A stretch of 64,000 nt of DNA from Mobula hypostoma (GCF_963921235.1 NC_086097.1:130202001-130266000), one strand, 5' to 3'; shown: positions 24,835 through 38,564, counted from the stretch's first letter. A program made the numbers and translations. The notes: generated by a model from the sequence alone, not told the origin.

Positions 24835-26640
24835 TAAGGTTCAAGTATGTGAAGAACAAGAGGGTAAGATATGAGAGAATCGGACCAATCAAATGTGACA
24901 GTGGAAAAGTGTATATGGAACCGGAGGAGATAGCAGAGGTACTTAATGAGTACCTTGCTTCAGTATTCACTATGGAAAAGGCAATTCTAGGGATGACTTA
25001 CAGTGGACTGAAAAGCTTGAGCATGTGGATATTAAGAAAGAGGATGTGCAGGAGCTTTTGGAAAGCATCAAGTTGGATAAGTCACCAGAACCGGATGGGA
25101 TATACCCCAGGCTACTGTGGGATGCAAGGGAGGAGATTGCTGAGCCTCTGGCGATGATCTTTGCATCATCAGTGAGGACGGGAGAGGTTCCGGAGGACTG
25201 GAGGGTTGCGGAAGTTGTTCCATTATTCAAGAAAGGGACTAGAGATAGCCCAGGAAATTATAGACCAGTGTGTCTTACTTCAGTGGTTGGTAAGTTGATG
25301 GAGAAGATCCTGAGAGGCAGGAATTATGAACATTTGGAGAGGCATAATATGATTAGGAATAATCAGCATGGCTTTGTGAAAGGCGGGTTGTGCCTTACGA
25401 GCCTGATTGAATTTTTTGAGGATGTGACTAAACACATTGATGAAGGTAGAGCAGTAGATGTAGTGTATATCAATTTCAGCAAGGCATTTGACACGTGTCC
25501 CCCATGCAAGGCTTATTGAGAAAGTAAGGAGGCATGTGATCCAAGGGGACATTGCTTTGTGGATCCAGAACTGGCTTACCCACAGAAGGCAAAGAGTGGT
25601 TGTAGATGGGCCATTTTCTGCATGGAGGTCGATGACCAGTGGTGTGCCTCAGGGATCTGTTCTGGGACCCCTACTCTTCGTGATTTTTATAAATGACCTG
25701 GATGAGGAAGTGGAGGGATGGGTTAGTAAATTTGCTGATGACACAAAGGTTGGGGTAGTTGTGGATAGTGTGGATAGTGTGGAGGGCTGTCAGAGGTTTC
25801 AACAGGACATTGATAGGATGCAAAACTAGGCTGAGAAGTGTAGATGGAAATCAACCCAGGTAAGTCTAAGGTGGTTCATTTTGGTAGGTCAAATATGATG
25901 GCAGAATATAGTATTAATGGTAAGACTCTTGGCAGAGTGGAGAATCAGAGGGATCTTGAGGTCCGAGTCCATAAGGCACTCAAAGCTGCCGCGCAGGTTG
26001 ACTCTGTGGTTAAGAAGGCATGTGGTACATTGGCCTTCATCAATTGTGGGACTGTGTTTAGGAGCCGGGAGGTAATGTTGCAGATATATAGGACCATAGC
26101 CAGACCCCACTTGGAGTACTGTGCTCAGTTCTGGTCTTCTCACTATAGGAAGGATGTGGAAACTATAGAAAGGGTGCAGAGGAGATTTACAAGATTTGGG
26201 GAGCATGCCTTATGAGAATAGGTTGTGTGAACTTGGCCTTTTGTCCTTGGAGTGTAGAAGGATGAGAGGTGACCTGACAGAGGTGTATAAGATGATGAGA
26301 GGCATTGATCGTGTGGATAGTCAGAGGCTTTTTCCCAGGGCTGAAATGGCTAGCACCAGAGAGCACAGTTTTAAGGTGCTTGGAAGTAGGTACAGAGGAT
26401 ATGTCAGGGGTAGGTTTTTTAAGCAGAGAATGGTGAATACGTGGAATGGGCTGCCGGCGATGGTGGTGGAGACGGATACGATAGGGTCTTTTAAGAGACT
26501 CCTGGACAGGTACATGGAGCTCAGAAAAATAGAGGGCTATGGGTAACCCTAGATAATCTCTAAGGTAAGGGCATTTTTAGACAGCTTTGTGGGTTGAAGG
26601 GCCTGTATTGTGCTGTAGGTTTTCTGTTTCTATCTTTCTA
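24835..26640 (+). mobile_element. CR1-type LINE RT pseudogene, same subfamily as 21491-24545 in opposite orientation
   Basis: ORFs 25025-25519, 25488-25829, 25844-26215 and 26196-26546 are nearly co-linear with the neighbouring minus copy. (TTTCTA) tail. Confidence 0.92.
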
Positions 26641-27040
26641 AGCTGAGATTGTTTTCCCTGGAGCAAAGGTTGCTAAGGGGTGACCTTATAGAGATTTATA
26701 AAATCACAAGGGGTGTAGATACAGTGGATGGCCATGGTCCTTCTCCTGGATTGGAAACTATAAGATTGAATGGCATTGGTTTAAACTCAAAGGGGAGAGT
26801 TTTGAAAGGGACCTGAAGGGTAAGTTTTTTTTATGAGTACAGAATATGGAAGTAGCTGCCCAAGTTAGTGGTAGAGGTGGGTATAATTACAATATTTGGA
26901 AGACATTTGAACAAGCTCATGGATAGGAAAAGTTGAGATGGATATAGACCAAATGCAGGCAAATAGGATTCATTCAAGAGGATATCTTTGTCTGTATGAA
27001 TAAGTTGAGTCAAAGGACCTGTCCTGTTCTGAACAACTTT
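26641..27040 (+). mobile_element. Old CR1 3' fragment
   Basis: LFSLEQRLLRGDLIEIYKI motif and 3' UTR. Confidence 0.65.
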
Positions 27041-28419
27041 GGGACCTTAATTATTGTCTCTTCTACAATATTTATTTAATGTCTCAGTTGTTCCTTTATT
27101 CCCCATTATAATTTCATTTGTCATTCTCTCCACAGTACCCGGATTTATTTTGGTACTCAATATCAAAACTAGTATAATCTTTAGATTTCTCTCTGATTTA
27201 CTATCATATGCACATTCTTCTCCCAGATGTGCTTCATGACTCTATATCATCAGTTTAATTTCATAATAAGCAACAACAAATCTCAACAAATTGAATTCTA
27301 CAGGATGCTTAATTGTTGTTGCATGGAAACCACTGTTTTTAAGGAATCATTTGCTCATCAGTCTATATTCAAGAGCATACAAAATTTTGATGCTGATGCA
27401 AAATTTTTATCTGAGCAACAATTTCACATAAAACAAACAATGTTAAATTTCTTTTTATTCTTGAAAGTATCAACAAAAATTATTATTGTTATTTTATGTG
27501 TTTACTGCAGTAGAATTCCCTAGGACAGTTCACAAGAGCTATTATTAAAATCAATTAGCGATGAAAGATGTCAGAAAATATTGGGACAAGTAACCAAACA
27601 CTTGGTTAAAGTTCAGACTTAAAGCATGCATTAAATGACAGGAGTAAGTTGGAAATGTTTAGGAAGGAAATTCTTGAGCTTAAGTCTTGGTAATGGAGAA
27701 CATGGCTTTGAAGGTAGGAAAAAAAAGTCTCTGGCTGTCCTCTCCATGCCTCTTATTATCTTGTACACCTGAATCTGTGTGGAGTTTGAACGTTCACCTT
27801 GTAACCATATGGGTTTCCTCAGGGTTGTCTGGTTTCATCCCACATCCCAATGACGTGCAGGCTGGTAGGCTAATTGGCGACTACAATTGACCCCTAGTGT
27901 GTAGGTGTGGGATAGAATCTGGGGAGAGTCAAATGGGATTGGTGTAGGTTTAGTGTAGATGGGTGGTTGACGGTTGGTGCAGACCATCATCCACCATCTC
28001 CAAACAGGCTGAAGGGTCTGTTTGAATACTGATTGACTTCATGATAATAGATTTCCTGGAGAAGTTCCAATAATGGTTTTATAGAATTGGAGTGATAACC
28101 AAATGGAACAGCCACACATACCTAAGGAAATCACCTTCCGCAAATGGAAGCCTGCGAACTAATATGATACTGTTTCTTTAAATTTGGCAAGGGAAAGTGT
28201 GTATGGGGGGTGAGGAGCAGGGGCGGGGTTGGGGTTGGAAAGGGAAGTTTACAGCAGATGCGTTTAATTTGCTGATAAGGCTAGAAGTCATGGTCATTTA
28301 TGTAGGACAGTCCACTAACAAGCCCAATAAGGAATTCAGGAGAAATATATTTACCTAGAGAATGGTTGAAAAGTGAAGAGGCAGCAGATTGAACAGGAGT
28401 TTAAATTTGCAAGGGTTTT

Positions 28420-30385
28420 CAAGTCAAGTCAAGTCGTCACTTTTTATTGTCATTTCAACCATAACTGCTGGTACAGTACACAGTAAAAACAAGACAACGT
28501 TTTTCAGGACCATGGTGCTACATGAAACAATACAAAAACTACACTGAACTATGTAAAACAACAAAAAAACTACACTAGACTACAGACCTACCCAGGACTG
28601 CATAAAGAGCACAAAACAGTGCAGGCATTACAATAAATAATAAACAAGACAATAGGCACAGTAGCGGGCTGTAGGTTGGTGCCAGTCCAGGCTCTGGGTA
28701 TTGAGGAGTCTGGTGGCTTGGGGGAAGAAACTGTTACATAGTCTGGTCGTGACAGCCCGAATGCTTGGGTGCCTTTTGCCAGATGACAGGAGGGAGAAGA
28801 GTTTGTATGAGGGGTGCGTGGGGTCCTTCATAATGCTGTTTGCTTTATGGATGCAGCGTGTGGTGTAAATGTCTGTAATGGCGGGAAGAGAGACCCCGAT
28901 GATCTTCTCAGCTGACCTCACTATCCGCTGCAGGGTCTTGTGATCCAAGATGGTGCAATTTCCAAACCAGACAGTGATGCAGCTGCTCAGGATGCTCTCA
29001 ATACAACCTCTGTAGAATGTGGTAAGGTTGGGGGGTGGGAAATGGACTTTTCTCAGCATTCGCAGAAATTAGAGACGCTGCTGGGCTTTCTTTGCTATGG
29101 AGCTGGTGTTGAGAGACCAGGTGAGGTTCTCCGCCAGGTGAACACCAAGAAATTTGGTGCTCTTAACGATCTCTACGGAGGAGTCGTCGCTGTAGTGGAG
29201 AGTGGTCGTTCCGTGTCCTCCTGAAGGCAATAACCATCTCTTTTGTTTTGTTCACATTCAGAGACAGGTTGTTGGCTCTGCACCAGTCCATTAGCCGCTG
29301 TACCTCCTCTCTGTATGCTGACTCATCGTTCTTGCTGATGAGACCCACCACGGACATGTCATCGGCGAACTTGATGATGTGGTTCGAGCTGTGTGTTGCA
29401 GCACAGCCGTGGGTCAGCAGAGTGAACAGCAGTGGACTGAGCACACAGCCCTGGGGGGACCCCGTGCTCAGTGTGATGGTGTTGGAGATGCTGCTTCCAA
29501 TCCGGACTGACTGAGGTCTCCCAGTTAGGAAGTCTAGGATCCAGTTGCAGAGGGAGGTGTTCAGGCCCAGTAGGCTCAGCTTTCCAATCAGTTTCTGAGG
29601 AATGATTGTGTTGAATGCTGAACTGAAGTCTATGAACAGCATTCGAACGTACGTGTCTTTTTTGTCCAGGTGGAGGGTGATGGCAATGGCGTTCTCCGTT
29701 GAATGGTTGGGACAGTATGCGAACTGCAGGGGGTCCAGTGAGGAGGGCAGCAGGGTCTTGATGTGCCTCATGACGAGCCTCTCGAAACACTTCATGATGA
29801 TAGATGTGAGTGCAACGGGACGGTAGTCGTTAAGACAGGACACTGAAGACTTCTTCGGCACAGGGACGATGGTGGCAGCCTTGAAGCATGTAGGAACGGT
29901 GGTGCTGCTCAGGGAGATGTTGAAGGTGTCAGTGAGAATCTCTGCTAGCAGATCTGCACATCCTCTAAGCTCTTTGCCAGGGATATTGTCTGATCCAGCA
30001 GCCTTTCATAGGTTGACCTGCATAGGGTTTTCCTCACATCGGCCACGGTAAGATACAGCACCTGGTCATTTGGAGGAGGGGTGGTCTTCCTCACCACCAC
30101 GTCATTTTCTGCCTCAAAACGAGCGTAGAAGTTGTTCAATGCATCTGGGAGGGAGGCATCACCAGCACAGGCAGGTGGTGTCGTCTTGTAGTTGGTGATG
30201 TCCTGAAAGCCTTTCCACATGCGCTCCGTATCGTGGCTGTGGATTCGCTGGACATGTCCACACTTTGCCTCCCTGATGGCCTGGGACAGTTTGGCCCTCG
30301 CTGTTGCTAGGGCTGCCTTGTTGCCTGCTCTGAAGGTGGAGTCACAGGTTTGAGGGCAAACCTGTGTCTCCTTCATTCTGAAGGG
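28420..30385 (-). mobile_element. Rex1/Babar LINE RT pseudogene
   Basis: [43 protein letters not shown] and KFADD motifs. (CTTGA)n tail at ~28420-28435. Confidence 0.92.
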
Positions 30386-31189
30386 CAAACGTGTTCTATT
30401 CCATGTGGATGATTATCGAGAGCCTGTGCTTCTACTTGTCCCCATCCTCCCACACATGCTTGGAGAAGTTGAGGGAAATTACTTAAATGCGTATGTTTAT
30501 GGTAAGGTTGGATAGGAGAAAAATGAAGCAAAATGAGATCTTGATAGCATGATTCATCAGAATGGGTCTATAGTGCTAGGTGATTCGCTTATGTGCAGTA
30601 GGTACTGCAAATCACCTATTATGCAATAAATTTTGGAGAGAGTATAAAGCTATATGTTTTGCATTGCTAGTCATGGATGCTTCAGAAGCCTTTTGATTTA
30701 TACAATCAATTAAAAAGAGAATAGATTAGCTATACCGCTGCAGCAATCTTTTGTAGCATGGGCTTCATTTTATCTCCTCTTACCTTTGGCACATCAGGCA
30801 AGACACCACAGCACAGCTCCAACCACCAATCAATTCTGGATACATAGGGGAAGGGATATTGGATTTGTCCATGAAGAACTCTTCAAAGCAACTTCCTGGA
30901 CTGGAGGGAATTCTGTGCAGATATTGTAGTTGTTCAAATCCTATGATTCATTAGGTGGAACATTCTGCTCACAGTATTTTGGAAGTTTTCAAACAGGGCT
31001 TTGATTATTACATTCAAATAATTGCTTGAAATCTTTGCAACCATGTTACACTCACTTGACCTACCTCAAATTCAGTAGGCATGGTGCAATAATGGATTTT
31101 AGGGTAATAGAATCATAGGGCAATACTGCAGTCCATGCTAAACACATTACCCACCTAGTTAGTCCCAATGTTCCTCATTCCTGCTTCCA

Positions 31190-33926
31190 CGCACTTAATG
31201 TTAGCCAACTGCAGGCCAGTGACTGAAGTTTGGTTAGCCTGGACCTCTGGGTTAGTAATTTGGTCGGCTGCCATGCCGACACAGCCAACCCCTATGAGTA
31301 CAGCCTCAATGACTGGCCATTAGAAGCAATTAATCACAACATTATTTTTCCCCTTGAAATGTTGTATACCAGTTGTGAACTCTGATATGTAGGCCAGTTG
31401 GTGTTGCTGCCATGCAGACCAACGGTCTGATATTTTGGCCATCAGGAGCACAAGGGGTTTGTGGTCAATGAACACTGTGAAATGGCGACCCTGTAGTAGA
31501 AAATGAAGATGGTGGACAGCCAGATAGAGACCAAGAAACTCACAGTCAAATGTACTGTACTTTCTTTTGGGGGGGTGGGGGTGGGAACAGAGCTGCTGGC
31601 TGAAGAAGGTGAGCGGCTACCACACGCCTCGGCCAAATGTTTGCGCGCAGCATCCACAGCTTAGTCTGAAGCGTTAATAGTAATGGCAATAGGTGTTTTG
31701 AGGGGCGGGTGTGCCAATAGGGTCGCATTGGAAAGAGCTTGTTTAGTATCATCAAATACCCTGGTCCTGTCCACTGACCAGTCAAGTACGTGATTAGGGG
31801 TGTTGCCTTTAAGTGCACTATACAGGAGAAGCAGGTTCAGCAGCTCGCGGAGTGAAGCAGTGATAGAAATTCATCACACCGCAAAACTCCTGTAGTTTTT
31901 CAGTAGTGCAGGGTGGTGGGAAATCCATAATAGCGGCTACCTTTGATAGGAGGTGGTTTTACACCTTCTGCGGAGATACGATGGCCAATAAAGTCAATGG
32001 TTGACAACCCAAACTGGCATTTAGTAGGATTAATAACCAATCCATGTTGGTTTAGGAGCTTGGAAAGTGCATGGAGATGAGATATGTGTTCGGATTTGGA
32101 TGCATTGACATCCAGGTTAAAAAAAAGAGTCCATCAGCCATTGGAAAGTCTGTGTTGCATTTTTCAGCGCAAGTGGCATGCACAGAAACTCAAAAGAGGC
32201 CAAACTAGGTTATCACAGTCATTTAGGGATGAACCTTGGAAAAATTAATTTTCCAGCTAAATGTGCCAAAAAGTTTTGGATATATAAGACTGGGTAATAA
32301 TTAGGGGAGTTGATCTCATTAAGGCATCAGTAATCACCACATTGGCAACAACCACCAATGGACAGGGACTATATGGAGGGGTAAAGCCCAGGGGCTATTC
32401 AACTAGCATACAATGCAAAGTCTTTCCATGTTGGCAAACTCAGCCTTCATGATTGCCAGCTTTTCTGGGCCCAGTCTACATGCATGGGCATGGACTAGGT
32501 GCCCAGTTGTAGAAACGTGGTGCATGACCCCATATTTTGTGACTGTCATCGTGGAGATTGTGGGTTTGGTGAGGATTGGGAATTTGCCCAGCCGTTGAGT
32601 AAACTCACATGCGGTGGTGCATGCATTTGCCAGAGTCGTTGTGGAGAACTTACTGGGGGAGCAGGGTAAAGACCCAAAGTCCTTGACATTCACAAGCCAA
32701 CAGTCCTTAAGATCAATTAATAATCGTTGGGCACACAGGAAATCTACACCAAGCCAAGGTCTAGCCACTTTAGCCAGGATGAAGTTCCATGAGTAATGTC
32801 ACCCACTGAAACAGTGCGTCACCCGTTATATCTCTTAAATTTGGATCCTGCTGCCGTTAGCCGCCTCTAGCAAGGTTTCATCGCTCTTTGCCTTCACATC
32901 AATAGGAGATGCTGGCAGTACACTCACTTCTGCACTCTTGCACACAGAAAGCATGGCCTTGAAAGGGTGTCCATAATGAACAGTAGATGACCCTGGCAGC
33001 TGGAACTCACAGTGTTCTCAGACCTCAGATGTCCTGATGTGCTCACACTGTCAAAGCTCCAAGGTGGTCGGCACTTGCTAGCATTCATACCAAAGCGAGT
33101 GTGGTAAAATCACAGGCCAGGCATCATCTGTTTCATAGCCATGGGCGTCTTTATGTTGGGGGCCTTGCTGACCAGGCCTATTAAGGCAGGGAAAGGAGGA
33201 GGATTGATGCAGCACTGCCTGGCTGAGTATAGACTATCAGCCATTTTAGCAAGCTCCCTATAGTCCATCACAGGTGCATTAGTGAGGGCAGTGTGAACAT
33301 TAGCAGACACTTGGTGCATGAAGAGTTCTTTAAAAATAAAACAAGGTCAGTGATTTCCCAGGGGAGACAGCATGTGGTCCATTAGCTCTGACGGTTTAGC
33401 ATTGCTGAGGCCAGACAAGTGGAGCAACTGTTTGATGTGCTAAGACTCTGATAATCCAAAGTCTGTAAAAGGTGAGTATTCTGTGATCAGTATTTATCAT
33501 GTTCAGGCAGCTGTTCTAGTAGACTCACTACTCTCACAGCTGTGGAGTTGCCAAGTGATGCGACCACATAGTAGAACTTGGTGTTGTCAGCGGTGATTTC
33601 TCACGGCACGAATTGGGCCTTGGTATAAACCACCCAAAACACCAGAGTTTCAAAGTGACTGTGTTAGCCAACACATTCAATAACTCTGGAATCATCCTAA
33701 AGCTTCAGTGTCACCAATGCAGGTTTTTGCAAATAAAACTGTGTGAGGCATTTTATTTATAAGAAAAACCATAACAAATAATTTATTGTACTCCAAATAC
33801 TGAACACAAAGCATGGTAAAAGTACTTTACATAATTACGTCATCACACCAGACCAGTCTCTTAAACCACAACTCAATTTCGGTGGTTGTGAATTATGTGC
33901 ATTTCCACCAATTACATTAACCTACA
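31190..33926 (-). mobile_element. Decayed Gypsy LTR retrotransposon (5' LTR 33718-33926, gag, protease, RT, RNase H; 3' part missing)
   Basis: LTR TGTAGG...TGCA followed by PBS-like TTGGTGAC. gag EITADNTKFYYVVASL, protease PWLGVDFL, RNase H KYSTFDCEFLGLYLAV...FIDHKPL. Confidence 0.8.
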
Positions 33927-33934
33927 GGACCACT

Positions 33935-34930
33935 TCTTTTTATATACATGTCAATGACTTGGATGATGGAATTGATAGCTTTGTGGCCAAGTTTGTGACT
34001 ATATGAAGACAGGTGGAGGGAAAGGTAGTTATGAGGAACCAGAGAGGCTACAGAAGGACTCAGATAGATTAGGAGAATAGGCAAGGAAGTGGCAGATGGA
34101 ATACAGTGTTGGGAAGTGGATGGTCATGCACTTTGGAAGAAGAAATAAAAGGGTGGATTATTTTCTAAATGGAGAGAAAATTCAAACATCTGAGGTGCGA
34201 AGGGACTTGGGAATCTTTCTGCAGGATTCCCGAAAGGTTAAATTGCAGGTTGAGTCAGTGGCAAGAAAGGCAGATACAATGTTAGCATTCATTTCAAGGG
34301 AATTTGAATATAAAAGCAAGGATATAGTGTTGAGGTTCTATAAAGCACTGGTGTTGCCTCACTTGGAGTATTGTGAGCAGTTTTGGGCCCCTTATGTAAG
34401 AAAGGATATGCTGACATTGGAGAAGACTCAAGGGAGGTCTTCAAAAATTGATTCTGGGATTGAAAGGCTTGATATGTGAGGAGTGTTTGATGGTTCTGGG
34501 CCTGTACTCACCAGAATTCAGAAGAATGAGAGGTGAACGATTTGAAACCTATCGAATATTGAAAGGCCTCGATACAGTGAAATGTGGAGAGGATGTTTCC
34601 TATGATGGGGGAGTCTAAGACTAGAGGAACTCAGCCTCAAAATAGAGGGGCATCCTTTTTGAATGGAGATGAGGAGGAATTTCTTTAGCCAGAGAATTGT
34701 AAATCTATGGAATTTGTTGCCACAGGTGGCTGTGGAGACCAAGTCATTGTGTATGCAGTTTTAAAGGCAGACATTGATAGGTTCTTGATTAGTCAGGGCA
34801 TGAAATGATACAGGGAGAAGGCAAGAGATAGGGGCAGAGAGGGAAAATGATGAAATGAACTACGATGAAATGGCAGAGCAGACTCAATAGACCAAAAGGC
34901 CTAATTCTCCTCCTACATCTTATGGTGTTT
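33935..34930 (+). mobile_element. CR1 RT C-terminus and 3' UTR
   Basis: ORF 34096-34479 (PHLEYCEQFWAPY) and TCTTATGG tail. Confidence 0.85.
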
Positions 34931-35046
34931 TTCTCTTATATCTTGTACTTTCCTGTAAATGCCTGCAAGTAAATGAATCTCAAGGAAGTATATGCTGACA
35001 TACATGATCATAAATTTATTTTGAAATTTGAGCTTTGATATTGCGC

Positions 35047-37077
35047 AGTTATGTTTTGTAACTCCAGAGACTAATTGAAAGAAAAACATGTAGCCAGGAG
35101 ATGTGTGTCTATTTTGTTTTACTTTAGTGAGACACTCACATATGACGTGGTGGCGTATTGATGTATGCCAATCACATACTTAGCACACATAACCTGTTAT
35201 GAGTTAAGTATGGCGCGTGGCCAAGTGGTTAAGGTCTAGTGATCTGAAGGTCGCTAGTTCAAGCCTTGGCTGAGGCAGCGTGTTGTGTCCTTGAGCAAGG
35301 TACTTAACCATACATTGCTCTGTGACAACACTGGTGCCAAGCTGTATGGGTTCTAATGCCCTTCCCTTGGACAACATCGGTGGCATGGAGAGGGGAAACT
35401 TGCAGCATCGGCAACTGCCGGTCTTCCATACAACCTTGGCCAGGCCTGTGCCCTGGAAACCTTCCAAGGTGCAAATCATGGTCTCACGAGACTAACGGAT
35501 GCCTATAAAAAGGAGTTAAGTAAACAAACAATATATTGACAATATTACTGAAATATTAAATACACTACACTCCTCCCTGCTTAGCTATAAATTCTAATTG
35601 AAATTAAATATATTTGACAGATGGGACTTGTGGTTGTGAGACAATCTCAGATTCTGAGGCCTCCTCTGTGGTGGCTGTAGGAGTTGACTCGGGGTTTGCA
35701 GGAAGCTCTGGCCACATTTCTTCTTTACCAATTGACTCTGCTCTCCTCCTCTGATCGATATGTTGTCTCCAGATGACACCAGATGCAATCTCCACTGTGT
35801 AGAAGAGTGGACCAGTTCTGTCCTTAATCTTTCCAAGTACCTGCTTTTGATCACCTCTGTAATCCTTCACCAGAACTATTTGCTCAGGAGTAAAATATCG
35901 AGCCTCCTTGTTTGAACAGCCCTCAGTTTGTCTTAGCTATTTGTCCTGCGTACTCCTTCTGAGACTGGGTTTGAGGAGATCCAAGTGTGAACGCCAGGGA
36001 CAACCAGGGAACAGCACAGCAGGTGGGTTGTTGGTTACGGTGTGTGCTGCATTGCGATATGCAAGGAAGAGGTTGTCTAGCTTCTGATTCAACATCAGTG
36101 TAGTGTGTTCTGCTGACATTGCTCGCAGTGCGTTCTTTAGACTTTGGACAAAACTTTCCACCAAGCCATTTGCAGCTGGGTGGTAAGTGGAGATATGATC
36201 TGCCTTATTCAGGAATGTCATTTTCAGGAATGACTGAAACTGTTCCACAAAAAACTGTGGTCCATTGTCACTGATTAACTGTTCTGCATCACCAGCCCCC
36301 TTCCTTTTGATTCCACTTATGAAACCTCAAGTGTTCTGCAATCAATAATAGGTTTGATTCTAAATGTTCCTGCATTAAGTTCACAATATCAGGAAAGCCC
36401 ATTTCAGTTAGTCTGGTTGGAGCAGTAAAACCTCTCATCAAACTGTACTGCTTTTCCAGCAATTGCACTCATTAACACTGACACTGGCTTTTCATTGGCT
36501 ATTTCATTTGCTTCAAAATAGTGCTTAATTCATTCAGTATACATCACCCAGTTATCTGTCATGCAACCGAATGTGTCTAAATTTCAGATGTAGCTAGCTA
36601 TTTCTGATTTTTTAGTTATGATTATTATCACCTGGTACTCACTGCTTATGAACCCGTAATCTTTGTCCGTTTTCTGCCTTTTTTTAACTTAACAGTCCCT
36701 GTCCCCTTCTGAAAAAACACATGCTGCGCTTTTTTTAAAACTTGAACCTCTCTCTCCCCCTTTGAAGGAAAAAAATGTGCTGTGCTTCAACAACTAATTA
36801 ATTGTCCCAGGTACTTTTTAAAACTAACTCATCACCACCGTTAAGTTTTGTAACTCCAGAAACTAATCAAAAGAAAAACACAGAAGCTGGGAGATACGTA
36901 TCTACTTTGCTTTACTTTAGTGAAGCACTCACATATGATGTGGTGGTGTAATGACATATGCCATTCATGTGCAGTACTTCATACATGTACCGTAACCCAT
37001 AATGAATTATGTAAAAAACAAAGAATGCTTAATCAAACAATATATTAACAATATTATTCAAATATTACTGAAATATT
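35047..37077 (-). mobile_element. Internally deleted Gypsy element with two LTRs (35047-35569 and 36839-37077)
   Basis: Direct repeats GTTTTGTAACTCCAGA...AATATTACTGAAATATT. PBS-like TGGTGATGAG and PPT GCAGGGAGGAG. gag start (DNWVMYTE..YFEANEI) abuts integrase (YHPAANGLVESFVQSLK). Confidence 0.85.
35211..35512 (+). mobile_element. tRNA-derived CORE-SINE inserted in an LTR
   Basis: A box TGGCCAAGTGG, B box GTTCAAGCC, CORE-like GTGTCCTTGAGCAAGGTACTTAACC. Exact 10-bp TSD GAGTTAAGTA at 35201-35210 and 35513-35522. Confidence 0.88.
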
Positions 37078-37159
37078 GTGTGTGGACAAAGTCAGCCCCA
37101 GGGGTAACATTAGACAGTAGAGTACAGAACCCTCACAGAATTGCCAGTGGCCTGCGTAA

Positions 37160-37810
37160 GACCATAAGATGTAGGAGCAGAATTAGGTCCATTGACTCTG
37201 CTCTGCTATTTTATCATGGCTGATCTAAATTTCCTCTCACCCTCAATCTCCTCCCGTTTCCTGTATCTCTGACCAATCAAGGTCTATCAACCTCTGCCTT
37301 AAATATACATAAAGTCTTGGCCTCCATAGCTGCTGTGGCAAAGAATTCCACAGATTCACCACTCTCTGGCTAAAGAAATTCCTCCTCATCTCTGCTCTAA
37401 AAGGATGTCCCTCTATTCTGAGGCTGTGTCCTCTGGTCTAAGACTCTCCCATGAAAGAAAACACTCGCCCCTGAGGGTTTTTACCTTAAGCTCTCAAATC
37501 AATTTCAGTTCATTGCACAATACACAATCTAGAATAGCTGATCCCCTAGTGGACTCAACCACGAGCTGCTCTAAAAAGCCATCTTTTAGGCACTCTAGAA
37601 ATTCCCCTCTTGGGATCTAGTACCAACCTGATTTTCCCAATCTACCTGCATATTGAAATCCCACAAGACTATTGTAACATTGCCCTTTTGGCATGCATTT
37701 TCTATCTCCCATTGTAATTTGTAGACCATGTCCTTACTAGTGTTTGGAGGTCCGTATACAACTCACATCAGGATATTTTTACCCTTGCAGTTCCTCAGCT
37801 GTACCCACAT
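37160..37810 (-). mobile_element. CR1 relic (3' end fused to an APE-region fragment)
   Basis: CATAAGATGTAGGAGCAGAATTAGG tail, with an abrupt jump at ~37470 to endonuclease-region sequence. Confidence 0.65.
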
Positions 37811-38564
37811 GATTATGTGACTTTGTGAACTTCAACACAGAAATAGTACTTGAAAGCTGTGAATTACAGTAAGTAACATATAGATTGGGAGAAGGATGTT
37901 CACCAATTTCAATAGCTTGCAAAATAACTTGAACTTTGGTGCCCGTACAGCAATGGTTTCTGCTATGTCAGATAAAAGCAGAACTAGTTCCAGAATTCCT
38001 GTGGCAAATTCAACAGGTCTTTGAAATAGATTACAATTACATACACAGAATTATTGCGAATACAGTGCCTCATCAACAATTACCAAGTAATTGAGGTTCA
38101 TTTCCTCTCTACAATGGAAAATTCCTTTAGAGAAATAGCTGCAGCCACTAAATTAAGTCAGAAGATCCATGATTAATGGTTCACTGTTGGTCAGTTCTCC
38201 CCTCAGTGAAAATGTCATTTGGTTAAAAGACCTTGTGACATCAGAAATCCGTACACTGGAATTGATGAATTATCTGTCAGCTGAATTGTAAAAGCAAGTT
38301 GCCAACCGATTGTTTGTGCGTTTGTGTGTGTATCGTTTATGTCTGTGCATTTATGCTGTATGTCTTGTGCATATCTTTTATGTCTGTGTGAAAACATGCA
38401 CAGATTAAAATCACATATTCCTCTTTCGTCCAAACACATCTAGAAATAAGGGGCGGCAAGGTAGCTTAGCTGTTAGTTTAATGCTATAACAGTGCCAGTG
38501 ACCTGGTTCAATTCTCGCCACTGTCTGTAAGGAGTTAGTACGTTTTCTCCTTGACTGCATGAGT

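Noticed and set aside
35211..35275. Possible tRNA gene
   Set aside because: The anticodon arm is incomplete, and it continues into a CORE domain and tail flanked by a TSD, so it is a SINE head.
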